64,000 nucleotides of DNA from Hyphochytrium catenoides. Lineage: Eukaryota > Protista > Hyphochytriomycota. A program made the position numbers and the translations under genes. The first letter of the stretch is position 1, and every line of letters starts with the position of its first letter. Shown in pieces: positions 24,789-37,425 of the stretch. The stretch lies in the NCBI GenBank assembly GCA_900088475.1, contig FLMG01004215.1, forward strand, positions 62,001 through 126,000, written 5' to 3'. The notes beneath the pieces were generated by a model. The model did not search any database, was not told the origin of the DNA, and saw only the letters and a program-made list of their open reading frames with translations.

Positions 24789-26139
24789 CTACATATAGAG
24801 GCCGCCTGTCACCTCGATCGTGGAGCCTGCAGAAGAAACCAGGCAAGACCGAGGGACAGGCGATGAGTTCATGAAGCAAAGCAAACAGCAAACCGGGAAA
24901 GGAGGAGAATCTAGCAAGCGGGAAGGCAACGCTAAGAGAGAAACACATGGAACCGGACCTGTGATATAGCGCGCGCTGTCCGAGCTTAGGAAAAGCGCTG
25001 CAGACGCTATGTCTTCTGGCTCTCCCATTCTTCCAAGAGGAATTTGGCGCAAAACACTATGCATCACCTTTTCAGGCACAGCCTGTGCCATTGGCGTGTT
25101 GATGAAACCGGGCTACAATGCCATGTGCTGGAGTAAGTCTAGACGTCGACCAACTAAAGCACATATATACATATATATATGCCTTACCAAAATGGCGTTG
25201 ACTCTGATGTTATCTCTGGCCTGAGTAGAATAGCAGTTCAGAGATTGACGATTGTATGGAGGAGGGCCAGTAAATGTTTACCAGTTCCTTTGCTGCTGAT
25301 TTAGTGAAGCCTATGACCCCTGCCTTTGATGCCGCCTAGCGTAGCGGTAGTTCGTCCGTTAGCGTCTGCTGCAACAAGTGGAAAGGCCTAAGTACTCACA
25401 TAGTTGCACTGCCCTATGTTGCCGGTCTTTCCTATCTGGATGAGACAATACGTGGCTTAGCTTATCTGGGTCCCTCTCGTCATGCGAATGGGGCACTCAC
25501 AATTGAGGAGATGTTGGTGATGGAGCCTGACAGCTCTGGAGAAGCTCTCATCTCTATGAGGTTCCTTGCAAAAGCCTGAGTCACGTGGAATAGCCCTGTA
25601 AGATTTACATCCAAGACCCTGCAGGGCAGAAAAAAAGAGGTTAAGATAAAACCTGTAAAAACGGTGCGAGCGGACGTACTGTTTCCATTGCTTTGGGTCC
25701 ATCTTCAACAAGAACTGATCCTTTGTGATTCCTGCGGAGTTCACAAGAATCTTCCGCGGCTCTAAGTCAGCGGACATTGCCCTTAAAAAAGGTTCGCTGG
25801 CTTACCGATGGTGGTTGGGACAGTCCTGATTCCTTTATCACTTGGAAGGCACTCTCGACCTCATGATGCTTAGCGACATCGAGGGCTAGAGAGCTAAATA
25901 TCTGGCTCTCCTCGGTAGGTCTAAGATCTCTCAGAGTCTCCTTTACCTTGTCCCTGCACAAGCACATTAACGACTGTAACGTGGGCACAAAGCGCTGGGA
26001 GATGGCTGTCCTTAAGATGCACTTACACATCTCGGTCCAAAAGGACTATCGAGGCACCAGCTTTTGCCAGTTCCAGACAGCAAGCGCGTCCAATGCCGCT
26101 TGCGGCACCCGTAACGACCGCTACCCGGGAAGCCAACAT
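24789..26139 (-). CDS. Short-chain dehydrogenase, 3-oxoacyl-ACP reductase FabG / HSD17B8-like
   Basis: VAVVTGAASGIG (TGxxxGIG), ILVNSAGITKD, NY|AASKAGV (YxxxK), IPLGRMGEPEDIA, C-terminus YITGSTIEVTGGLYM. Confidence 0.93.
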
Positions 26140-26775
26140 GATGGTAAACCCTTCGCCAGACAACGACCAAATCGACCACTCAGGGTAATGTCTGGCGTCG
26201 CTCTCCTGCAACTAGCCACTGGAAAGGGGAGAAGCGATGAGAAGTGGAGACGCAATGAAGACATCTGCAGCTGCCCAATAGAGCTTCTGATGAAGGTTTG
26301 GATGTTGATGCTCTTCGATGAGGCCGCCGACTAACAGACGAAGCTTTCAGTAGTCCAGGAAACATTAGAAAGCTTTTCATATACCCCGATCAACACCCGT
26401 AGGGAAAGCTTTGAAGTATTCGTTACGAATTAATCAGAACCACACAACAGTTTCTTGCTCATAGCCCGAGGGGACCCTAGCCGGTAGCGGCTACTGTAGA
26501 TCTCTTCATCACTTCATCTCATCAATCCAAAGTCCGTGATGAAGGCTCTTTTTACCAGGGAGTTTTCTCTGGGCTCTTCGCGATGAACGGATGACCGCTC
26601 TGCACTGCGGATCGGGCACTGCGTTCCTATGCGCGGCTTAGTTAGCAGCTGTGTTATCCGCTAAGAGAGCCGTGCGTGAGTCAACTGACATACCTGGAAG
26701 GGGGATACTGCAGGGATCAGCGAAGCAGAGGAGATCTAGAGTGCTGGGAGGGTCGTTTGTCGCCTGTGTTCAGTC

Positions 26776-29005
26776 ATGGCTGAAGCTGCCAAGCGCACAG
26801 AGCTAATTGAGCCTGAAACTAAAACGTCAGCTGAACAGACAGATGTCGAAGAGACATGTGCTACCTTCTTCTTCCCTTTTCGACTGCTACCTCCAGAGCA
26901 GATTACCACTCTTCAAAAGATCGGACTTGTCAACGCCAAGTGCGAGGTGCAGTACTCCTTGCAGATGTAAATGCGTTGCTTAGTCCTTATCCCTTACCCT
27001 GCTTCTGCAGATAAAGCTACTTAGGGACAAGCATATCAAGTATCTTATGACAGGTTTAGAGTCGCTATCGGGAAGCTATTCCTCTCTGGACGCAAGGTAG
27101 GTAGAAGCGTAATCGCACTTAGTTATCAGAGGCTCACGTCCCAGTAAGGCTAAGGCTCACCCCTTTGTACTCCTACCAGTCGCCCTTGGCTCGTCTATTG
27201 GATTCTGCAATCATTAGATATCCTAGAAAGCCTTCCCTCAACACTAGTGCCGAGGATACTGAGTAAGCTCTCACCGCACCATTGGCCGCTGACAGCTTAT
27301 TGACCATTACGTGCAGGTACCTTGTCTCGTCTTCAGAGTTCCGAAGGGGGCTTTGGAGGAGGACCTCAGCAGGTAGACTACTCGGATAGGCCACAAGAGG
27401 AGAAGGCTACGAGTCTTCTCGTGTCGTTATAACCCTCACTTTTCTCGCGCGCTTCTTCAGCTGCCACATTGTGCTCCGACTTACTCAGCGGTCCTCTCGC
27501 TGGCTATAATTGGAACTAAGGACGCTTTCAGCATTATTGACCGCAAGGTTTGACTGTCTGATCAGTTCTTAACTCCTCCCTTGCTCCTCTCTCGCTGTGG
27601 CATCAAGTACGCTTCGTTTCTTGTCGTCGCTCATCCGGGTCTTCAAATAGCGGCTCCATATGACACCTAATGGTCGTAGCACTGCTGTCTTGCGCCTATC
27701 TGCCCTGTTTGCGCGCTGTTCTCCCTTCACCCCTTATGGAACCTAGACCTTACTTTACTGAGTGTTGCAGAAGCTGTATCAATTTTATCTGAGGATGAAA
27801 CAACCAGACGGCGGCTTCAGGATGCACGACGACGGGTGGGACTGCAGTCGAACGATTCCTTCTCCTCTTACTCGCCTTTCCATCACGATGCTACTCACTC
27901 TTCTCTCTTGGTGTTCTATGTCCTCCCAGTAGCCTCGGCATAGCTGACATAACTCATTTGCAGGGAGGTGGATGTGCGGGCGACCTACACGGTTATCGCA
28001 ATAGCCAAACTCCTTAATATTTTGACGCCGCAACTGGCGGAAGGTGTTGCGGATTGGCTGTTGAGCTGTCAGACCTACGAAGGCGGATTTGGAGGAGAAC
28101 CAGGTTTTATTAGGCCGTCTAGAGTTACTGTTTGCTTATTGCTCAACTAACCGGGAAGGTCTTTAGGCAATGAGGCACATGGCGGCTATGCATTCTGTGC
28201 TGTTGCGGGCCTCGCTATATTAGGAGAGCTCCAGAGGGCCAATATCGATACCTTGACGGTACGGAGCTTCCATCAACACCTAACTAGGGACTGCTGGGAA
28301 GTGTGACACGTGTGAAACAGGAATGGATCTGTGCAAGGCAGATGAGCATTGAAGGAGGTTTCCAGGTCCGTTTATGATAATGCTTTCTGAAGTGACTTTG
28401 CTGTTGTCGAAGCTTACTACCTTGCGATATGTGTGGCCTTAGCTGGGCTTGCTTACATAGCTCCCCTCTCTCATGCATTGTTCTTCCACTTCCCTGTGGC
28501 AGGGAAGAACCAACAAGCTAGTCGATGGGTGCTATAGCTTCTGGCAAGGAGCCATCCCGATTATGCTAGCTGAGTATTTAGGCTGCAAATATCCAGGTCA
28601 GGAGGCCAATGACGAGACCCATAGTCTGGGGTCGACGTTGATCGATGAGGACTTTCTTCAAAAGTATATACTACTTTGCTGCCAGCAGGTGGAAGGTGGC
28701 CTGCGAGATAAGCCGGGCAAGTGAGTATCTGAACTAGGCGGCGACAAGATTTCTGGCTGACCGCTTTTNNNNNNNNNNNNNNNNNNNNNNNNNNNNNNNN
28801 NNNNNNNNNNNNNNNNNNNNNNNNNNNNNNNNNGTGTCACTTCTTCAATGGCTTTAGTCTTGTACTAAGTCGAATGCTACAGGCCTTCGTCTCCCCGATG
28901 TATAACATTAGGCGCGACTATGTGGAGCGATTTATGCAGTTCAGTAAGGGCTTGCCTTGTGACCATGCATCGTTATGCGGCGATTCTAGCTTGGCAAGAG
29001 GATGA
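26776..29005 (+). CDS. FNTB: Protein farnesyltransferase subunit beta (spliced; part lies in an assembly gap)
   Basis: LDASRPWLVYWI, GFGGGPQQLPHCAPTY, GEVDVRATY, CQTYEGGFGGEPGNEAHGGY, FQGRTNKLVDGCYSFWQG, GGLRDKPGK. Confidence 0.95.
28769..28833. other. Assembly gap (run of N)
   Basis: 65 N characters. Confidence 0.99.
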
Positions 29006-30325
29006 AGAGCTATTAATGATTCTTTGTGGCATGTCTGCTAACCCAGAGCCAGCCCTTTGCAAGTAAGACAGAGAGCTCATGGTCGAGGGTCAACCGTGGT
29101 GTGGTGCTTGCCAATGTCCACCTCTCGAAAGCTCATGCTTTCATGGATGCCCTCTGCTATGCCCTCTATTAGGCAGCGCATCTCTTCCTAGGTGACAGAG
29201 CCCAAACTATGTTCTCCTGCCAATAGATTTTGGAGCCTTAGTAAGGGTGTTAACAAGGGTCAAGCAAAAGAAGCTTTGGTTATTGGCAATGTGGAGGGTG
29301 ATGCAGGCTTTGCTCTCACTGCTTTTCAGGTCCTAGGACCAGAGTCCATCGAAATAAATCCCAATAGACTCGAAGGAGTGTTCCTTGGCCTGGCCGTGAC
29401 TCTGGCTGGCTTAGTGGATCTTGCAACAATCATTTTTTGTTGGTCTTAGAGAGTAGTTGCTGTCAGGGGCGCTCGCGAACCCAGGTTGCCATATGCGCTA
29501 TTAAATGATAGGGTGTAATAAGCCAAGATGGTAATGACATCTAAGATAACATAGCTATGTCTGTTCAAGAATGGACATTCGATTACGTAGACGATGAGGA
29601 AGAGAGCGGCATCGTAAGACGTCTTTCCTAGCCTCTCCTGACCTGCAAGATGGCAAGGCACTCATTCTTTTCAATACTCCCTTGGCGGTCAATTGTAAGC
29701 TCCAAAGAGACACAGAAGAGCTCAGAGGAAGCAAATGCTTCTCCTAGCTTCAGCATCGGCAAGTCGTATACACGCGGTGGTGGCCTCATTGGGGGTCACT
29801 CGGCCTTCCTTGCCACTAAGGTCCAGGCCTGGAGAGGAATGTACATTGGCGCCAAGCTATAGCAGCCTTCTACTAAGGTGCCTCTTCCCCTCCGCATCAC
29901 GCCTCTCCTCTCTAGTGAACACCCTCGCCCTCTGCTGCTGAGACGCCACACTCCTCAATACGAATCAGAACTACAAGGCTCTTGACAATAACCCCTCGGC
30001 CACTCCTGGGGGAGGTTTCCACAAGAGGAAGAGAGAGATCAAACGGCAAGTGGAAAGCTCAATCCAGCGTTGCCTCAGCATCTTCGTCCATCAGCATCAG
30101 TCCTCGTTCTCCTTCACATCGGCGGCCGCCCTCTTCTTATGCTCAGTATCGTCTGGACCTTAGAACCTAATGCTGGTAGAGCAGGCCCATTCCTACCAGC
30201 AGATACCATCGTGCTCGATACTCTGGCAAGTATAGCACTTAGCGAGCATCATTGATAGTTGGGCCAAGAAGTTCTCTCTGTCTCCCTGAAGACTCTACCT
30301 CTACCGCCACCAATCGAAGAATGAG

Positions 30326-30958
30326 ATGGAGAGTATTTGCACTTGGGGCCAGGACCCTTCCTACTGGGTAAGGCGTTATATCTAGTGACTTGTTTCAAGG
30401 AATGGCGCACGCAGGCTGATCGTCCCATTCCAGGCGCACCGTAAGCTTATGTGCTGTCAAGCCCTAAACGTCGATTGGAAACGCCTTCCTGGGGCTTTCT
30501 TTATAGGACATCAGCCTTCTGCTGGAAGAGTTGAGTTGGTGGCTTCATTAGTAGGAAGGACACGAAAACCCACGCAAGGTAGGCAAGAGGCCATTCTAGC
30601 TTCAACAATCCTGCTCTAACCACCTTTGAAGACCGTTTCCTGCTTGATGATGGCACAGGGGTAGTAGAATGCATAAGATGGGTCGACTCTAATAGCTCGC
30701 CTGCCGCCCAGCCTGCTTGGGAATCATTGCCTTTAGGGTGCACAGCCCAAGTTCTGGGTCGGATGAGGATCTTACATGCCCGAGAGGGAGACAAATTGTA
30801 GGCTCTACCTAATCCTTATCAGTCCCGTATATACCTTAACCCTTTGCTTTCACAGATACGTCTCCATCAACAGCATAAAGGCAATTGAGGATCCTCATTC
30901 CGAGCTCTTGCATTGGCTGGATGCCATACATTTTCAAAAACAGATTGCCATCTTGTGA
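30326..30958 (+). CDS. STN1: STN1-like single OB-fold protein (CST telomere-capping complex; RPA32-like OB family), 4 exons
   Basis: Spliced product MESICTWGQDPSYWAHRKL...RVELVASLVGR...DRFLLDDGTGVVECIRW...LGCTAQVLGRMR...IEDPHSELLHWLDAI. LDDGTG and DP..E..HWL are typical of STN1/RPA32 OB folds, and the N-terminal DP..WAH.KL favours STN1. Confidence 0.75.
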
Positions 30959-31112
30959 CTGTGCCTCCCGACCCCTACGGGAGCATATCTGGTTCACTTT
31001 TATTTATGTTGCGGTCAGACCCCACATAACAACGAATCGCAGAGTCGCAGGGTGTGTTATTATACATCGCATCTCTTTGCCTTGGCGTTACATCATGCCC
31101 TCAGTGCTTTGC

Positions 31113-32511
31113 TCAGGTCATATTGGGCTTATACCTTTTGGCTTCCACATTGCTATGAGCACTGAAAGACGATCCACCAGGAACCAAGTTGATGATGTCC
31201 TTCTTCTTCAGCTTCATCCCCGTCACTGGACAGGTCATCGTGGGCAGGACAATGTCCTTCAAGCAAGTCTCTAGCACAATAACACCTGAAGGCCTCAAAA
31301 AGACGGCCTTTTGATGGGTGATTGACTTCTGCGTGACCTCACAGGTGACGTACTTCTCGTTACTCGAGTCCTCTGTCCATTTAACCTTGGCAGGCATAAG
31401 GTGCTTGAGCTGTGTCGAGCCGAACATGAAGCAGGCTATGAGTCCTGGGCAGGCTTGAGGGTGATAGCATAGCAGATATGGATACCATCGTCGGACGGGT
31501 GCAGGAAAACCGCATTGAATGCGACTACAAAGAGACTACTAAGAAACAAAAAGAAAAAGCCACCTAAAAAGTCAAAAGGGCTATTCATCAAGCTCAGAAA
31601 ATCATAGAAGAGTACCTTGAGCTGATCGCCCGTCATTGGATCAACAGTGTGAGTCCTCGGAGCTTCGATCCTCTCCTCCGCTCCAGGAGTGAAGTCTGGA
31701 ATCCAGAAGGAGGTCCTCTTTAGAGCTTCTCTCTTCTCATCCCGTGTCTCTGTGTCCACCTTGCTGGCTATCTTTTGCTTGATTCCATCTTCCTCGGAGC
31801 CCTTCTTGCCACCGTTGGCCTTCCCAACCTGCTCAGCGTTGGTAACGAGTGTCAAAAAGCAACCCGGTGACTAGGGCGATGAGATCAGCAAAGAACAGAG
31901 AGAAGTGTGCTCTAGCCGAGATGAAGCCCGAGGCAACTGGGAGACCTCAACGAAGAGCGCGAACAAGAGCTGCAGATGAAGACTTTGGTGGAGAGAGCTT
32001 CGACATAGTTGTGGCCTACCTTGCTTACTGTTCCTAAAGAATCTTCTGTCTTCGTGAAATTCTGGATCTCTTTCCTACGTGCCCTGCAGACGAGATATTA
32101 AGCCTTAAGCATAGTGTGGGGGGACCTCGACGACAGAACCTCTTACTCTAATGCTGCCTCTTCTTCTCGCTCTCTCAAGCGCCTCTCCTGCTCCTCAAAA
32201 GCTGCTTGCTTCCTAGCGATCTCTTGCTTCTGCTGCAAGAGGTTATCATAGATGCACTCACGACAATAGAAGTATCCTCCGGGAGTTATGACGGGGTCTC
32301 TAGCCTTCTGGAGGCACAGACAGCAACTACCGAAGGAGATCTGAGAATCCTTTCCTATATATAAAACCAACGATCAGTCTGGTCGAGTAGCTGCTAGAGA
32401 CAATGTGTGTTACTCACCGAATCTTCGCTTCTCGGTTCCATGGCCTGCCTTACGTTTCTCATGGTAGGTGAAGGCGGAGCTTGCAGTGTTATTTTTGCTG
32501 TGGCGAGTCAT
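31113..32511 (-). CDS. NOSIP: Nitric oxide synthase-interacting protein (split U-box/RING E3 ligase)
   Basis: MTRHSKNNTASSAFTYHE, GKDSQISFGSCCLCLQKARDPVITPGGYFYCRECI, SFWIP, CPVTGMKLKKKDIINLVPGGSSFSAH. Confidence 0.95.
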
Positions 32512-32540
32512 GGCTCGGCCAGCAGTGCACAGGTAGCGAG

Positions 32541-32580
32541 GCTGACACAGCTGTAAAGTGGCTGACACAGCTGTAGAGTA
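32541..32580. repeat. Two 20-bp tandem copies, each with the palindrome ACAGCTGT, just upstream of the NOSIP ATG
   Basis: gctgacacagctgtaaagtg followed by gctgacacagctgtagagta. Confidence 0.85.
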
Positions 32581-34311
32581 CACGCGGGCAGTATCTCTCT
32601 ACGCGTCACTAATGTAGTGACACAGCGAGCCTAAACGGCTTATTATGAAGAGTTAGCTGCTTTGGAAAGCACGACACAAGAGCTGCCTGATAGGAAGTAG
32701 CTCCAAGGCTATACGGGCCTTGAAGAGACGAAGAGACCAATAAGGTGGCTCGCACTGACAGGCGCTTCAAGCTATTAAATCTCGAAAGTTCCCAAAGTCG
32801 GGATTGTCTTCGTCTCTCTTCAAGAGCTTATAAAAGCTCTGTCTAGTACGAACCCTTCAACGGGTGTTCGGGAAGCAGGTGACCGATGGATGACCCGCAC
32901 GATTGTCCCTGCTTGCTGCTTGCAGGTTCTGCTTTCTGCTGTAGCTTGCCAGATCGTCAGAGGACCCGCTAACGGCAGATGAGGATGGTCGCGCTTTGAG
33001 ACATTCACAATCCAAAAAGCTTCCCTGGCAAGACTTCGTCAGAAGGTTCTTGGCCGGAGCAGGCGTTCTAGGCGGTCGTTGACTCATTCAATTGTATGGG
33101 TATGCAGAGGTCGTCAGAGTTGCGAACATAAGTGCTGGACAATGTCACATGATCTGGATAAGCTGACCAATTGTCGCTACCAGAGACGATGGTGATACCT
33201 TCTGGCTGTATCTCCATCCAGCCGGATCAGGTGCAGGGACACGTGGGTCGCTTCTGAAAGACGCAGGGTTCTCAGGTTCGGCCACCGTACCAACAACCTC
33301 TGAGAATGCCATTGATGAGAGGAGAACAAGGACTGTGGAATTGCTTGGGAAGCTCTGGATGGCTTCAAGATGTTTGCAGCTGATGAAAAAAGTAGTGGCC
33401 TTATCTGGAGCTTGGACTTTTCATCCTTGATCTCATAGTCTTTCTGGCTAGAGCTTCTCTAGCTTATCACCCCGTCCTCACCACCCGTCCACCTTTCTAG
33501 AAAGTGGTGGAGAAATGCATCTATGGAGAGTTCTACGGGCTTCAACAACGGCGCAAGCAGGGCGTCGTTGTCTGCACCATCACGATTGTCATATATAATA
33601 TGACGATGTAAACGTGTATAGAGAGTAATATACCATGTACTGCCCTGGGATCAGACACATCGGATACCACATCTATAGCCGGAGAGAGGAGTGGATGGTA
33701 GATAGTTCTGAAAGCATGATTAGGACCTGATATGCCATGGAGATAGGATAGCTTGTTGCTAGCCCTGAGACTCTTCTCACGGGAGCCGTTCTTCAATTGT
33801 TGCTCAGCAAATGCGACGTGTGATAAAGATGGTATGCAGTTCGTCACTTCTGACTGTTCAAATCTTGACCGCGAAGTTGAGGGCGTTGGCGGGAAAAAAG
33901 TCAGTGGTAAACTTCTGATGGAGCATCAACAGCAAACGTCATCTCCCATGCTCCTGTCATCTTGAAGAATAAAGCCGATTAGAGCGTTAGTATGTGGTCG
34001 TGCTTGATGTGGTCCTTGGAGAGCGGCGCAGGTCGGCCTTTGAAGAGGAAGCCCCAGGAACTCTTATGTCCAACTTCACGGGAATGATGCGGGGGACTAG
34101 GCTGTTCAAACTTCTCACCTTCGACGCAGCTTGAGTTCATGATGCGTCAGAGCAGACCTTCAAAGGCAGGAACCTCTTATCATCGGGTCTATATAAAGTT
34201 TGCCTATATAAAGCCCATTACAAGGCTGTGAACCTCGTCCTCTACCCGTCTGAATACTATCAGTTCCGCCCACATGGCAGGGTCACGATGGCAATATACT
34301 TTTATTCTTCT

Positions 34312-36508
<2,197 letters not shown>

Positions 36509-37425
36509 CTTCTGGATTGATGCTCAGCTCTGACTCCGCTTCCGCGCACAAGCGATTAACACACTCGTCAGACAGGTCTCAAAGACTTTTGAGTTTGATG
36601 CAGTCTATGCAGTGTTTTGAACCTTAGGAGCAATGTCTCCTACTTACAGCTCTTAAGGAGAGACAGATCGGCGTGCGCGCACATTGTCTACGGATGACCT
36701 GACCAGCCAATGATTGACGATGACAGGTCGCTCATGGCAGGGAGACGCAATGAGCTGCAGATGCTCGTACATGGAGTTCGCAGAGTTCATCGAAAGGTAG
36801 CCGCCTGTGCTGGTGCTGCTTCTATCAGTGGCAGCTTTAGGCGAGAGGTCACAACCGCTGCACTCAAACTAGGGGGAACCTCTCCTCATGCTGTGTATAG
36901 CCACTGACCTGGGTGGTGGTGAAGTGAGGCGCTGGTTTCCCAGGGGTGTGTGAGGAGCCCCCCACGAACTTCCTATCGAAAGTAAGGGATATTGATCTTG
37001 TATACCGCTAACGGTTAGCTATACTAGGCGTTAGCGCCTTTGCTGGCGGCACAAAGGCAGAATGCGAATCTGTTGGGCGATAGCGACGACGAAGATCATC
37101 TGTGGAGACAAAGCCCAAGAGCCAAGAGTTATTGCGGCTGATTCTTCGAAAGGATGCATGGCGAACTCCGACCATGCTGATGAGGGGTAGGCGATTGATA
37201 GCAGAGAGAAGGTAAATGATAGACTTTCTGTGAAAAGAGCATCCCTTCACTATAGCCCCGGAGAAGATAGTTATTTCAGTAAACCAGAGTCTCCATCTGT
37301 CAGGCTACACGAAAGGATGCAGACGACCACTCCGGTAGCGAACCCGTTCGTCCATTGTTGGTTTTGCCATCTGAGACTCTGAGGAATTTGTCAACTTAAG
37401 TGAGCATTTTCCATCTTGAGACAAA

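Noticed and set aside
26686-26730. U1 snRNA-like start (acatacctggaagggggatac...gatcagcgaag)
   Set aside because: It lacks the invariant ACTTACCTG, has no recognisable ATTGCAC loop or Sm site downstream, and runs straight into the FNTB 5' region.
36905-36965. Possible hairpin (ctggg...cccag) resembling SRP or snRNA pieces
   Set aside because: Only a 5-bp stem and none of the conserved SRP or snRNA motifs.
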